A stretch of DNA of 64,000 nucleotides. Origin: Malacoraja senta (Eukaryota). The notes beneath the pieces were generated by a model, which was given only the letters and a program-made list of their open reading frames with translations, had not been told where the DNA came from and made no database searches. Where the stretch lies: the NCBI GenBank assembly GCA_038087875.1, contig CM075990.1, positions 434,001-498,000 of the forward strand, in the 5' to 3' direction. Below are positions 62,036 to 64,000 of the stretch, in pieces (position 1 is the stretch's first letter; the number at the start of each line of letters is the position of its first letter). A program made the position numbers and the translations under genes.

Positions 62036-63967
62036 ATGTAGGTAGGTGGGTTTGGTTCTTGTCGAATCATATTAAGTGGGAATCACCTACAAGTTGGGGG
62101 GAGATTACACTTCATTTTGAAGGAATGGTATGGGATAACATCAGATCCGTTTATACTGCACAGTATACAAGGGTTTCGAATTGAATTCCTTCTCAATTTG
62201 CGTCCACCCACACAGCATACACCAAACTGGACATTTGTTTTCTCACAAAAAGAGAATTTGGAGGTACAAGCTGAAATTGAAAATTTATACAAAAAAGGGG
62301 TAATTGAGAAGGCGGTTCACCAACCTCACCAATTTGTGTCTAATATTTTTCCTAGGCCAAAGAAGGATGGGAGCTGTCGAATCATCCTTGACTTGATGAG
62401 CCTTAACACCTTTGTGCAGTATAAACATTTCAAAATGGAAACCTTTGTTACTGCCAAACAATTGATTTCCAGAGGATGTATGGCATGGATAGATCTTAAA
62501 GATGCATATTATTCAGTGCCTGTTCATAGGGATCATCGGAGATATTTGAAGTTTAGCTGGATGAGGCAATTATGGCAATTTAAAGCACTGCCTAATGGGT
62601 TAACCTCGGCCCCTAGACTATTTACAAAACTGTTAAAACCATTGCTGGGGCTACTCCGGGCTCAGAGTCATATTGTAATAGCTTATTTGGATGATATTTT
62701 AATCATAGGGAAGACTCGGGAAGCAGCTGAATTATCTGTGTCAGCTGTTAAACTCATGTTTGAGAGATTGGGGTTGCTCAACCATCCAGTTAAATCCAAA
62801 TTGATACCAGTTAGAGTTATTGATTATTTGGGATTCACTATTAACTCAACTCACATGTCTGTGACTCTGCCCAGGTGCAAGAGATTAGACTTAATTGAAG
62901 GCTGTAACAAGCTCATGATGGAGCAGCAACCTTCAATTAGACATGTGACCAGCTTGATTGGCAAATTAGTGGCTGCCTTTCCAGCTGCACAGTTTGGACC
63001 TTTGCACTATCAAAATTTACAACGTGCAAAGGAGCAGGCACTCGGGGTACATGCAGGTCATTTTGACAAGCCTGTGCAATTAACAGCTGAAGCCATTGCT
63101 GAAGTGCAGTGGTGGATAGTGAGCATTTGGAGTTGCTCTGGGAAAGTTCTGATTGAGAAACCTTCAGTTGTCTTACAGACTGATGTTAGTACCCTAGGAT
63201 GGAGTGCTACTGATACCATCTCTAGCTGTGGAGGCAGATGGAATATGCATGAGGCATTTATTCTTCAATCACATGGGATTAGCTATTTAGAACTGTTGGG
63301 AGCATTCTATGGTGTTATGGCTTATTGTACTAGTATGCGTCACTTGCATGTTCAGCTTCAGATTGACAACACTACGGCAGTGGCGTATGTTAATCACATG
63401 GGTGGAATCAAGTCGGAATCTTGTGATAGATTGGCTAACCTTATTTGGCACTGGTGTATTACAAGAAATATTTGGGTTTCAGCTATCTACCTACCAGGTA
63501 GATTAAACATGGTGGCAGACACCAGGTCATGTAAATTCAATGACAACACAGAATGGATGTTGAATCATGATGTATTTAATGATATTGTTGTTCGGTATGG
63601 GATGCCAGATATCGATTTGTTTGCATCCAGACTCAATCACCAGTTACCGAAGTATGTTTCATGGGAACCAGACCCAGGGGCAGTAGCGGTAGATGCATTC
63701 TCGCTACACTGGGGTGGAATGTTTTTATATGCATTTCCCCCATTTTGCCTCATCATTCGGTGCTAGCTCAAGATCAAGCAGGACGACGCCTCAGGAGTTT
63801 TGGTGGTACCCGACTGGCCTACACAGCCATGGTTCCCACTCGTTTTGGGGATAATAACACAGCCTATTATGACTGTCCCGAAACGTAGTGACCTACTGGT
63901 GCACCCTGTAACTGGGGATCAACATCCATTACATGACCGTATTGATCTATTAATTTGCAGATTCTGA
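62036..63967 (+). pseudogene. DIRS E pol: RT, RNase H and adenine-methyltransferase-like domain; single frame with two nonsense codons (62039, 63764)
   Basis: 549-aa ORF with IDLKDAY, LPNGLTSAPRLFTK, YLDDIL, TDVS, YLEL, IDNTT, DLFASRLN, YAFPPF. Confidence 0.95.
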
Positions 63968-64000
63968 GGAAGCCATACCTGGGGCTTGGATTATCCGATC

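Larger units (their letters stand above)
52089..64000 (+). mobile_element. DIRS1-like retrotransposon E (runs off the window); gag interrupted by an L1 complex at 53157-61682
   Basis: ATT-ttacttcggagtcacgtgagtga left end; gag 52294-53156 resumes at 61696; pol follows. Confidence 0.95.

Overview
Eukaryotic, almost entirely transposon-derived DNA with a 200-N gap at 24566-24765. The repeat set (tRNA-headed SINEs with CR1-type tails, esterase-bearing CR1, Rex1/Babar, Penelope, fish-type L1) suggests a cartilaginous fish, probably a skate or ray; this is an inference. No host gene could be supported. The window holds five DIRS1-like tyrosine-recombinase retrotransposons (four independent insertions plus one duplicate), all on the + strand and all decayed. 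Their inverted terminal repeats (ITRs), internal complementary regions (ICRs) and a 3-bp ATT crossover core can be read directly. It also holds five long + strand CR1 LINEs, a full-length L1, Helitron-like elements, elements with terminal inverted repeats (TIRs) and many SINEs. Highlights: (1) a 10.5-kb interval bounded by Helitron termini at an A|T site, which encloses a copy of neighbouring DNA including a whole DIRS and lacks both internal terminators; (2) a 5'-inverted (twin-priming-type) L1 whose inversion point lies on an 8-bp stem-loop, inside a four-level SINE>DIRS>L1>L1 nest with readable junctions; (3) a multi-template, microhomology-joined insertion that creates a recombinase/RT chimeric ORF; (4) an unclassified 1-kb TIR element with a 5- or 7-bp target site duplication (TSD). 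Coordinates were read by eye; boundaries of old repeats are approximate.
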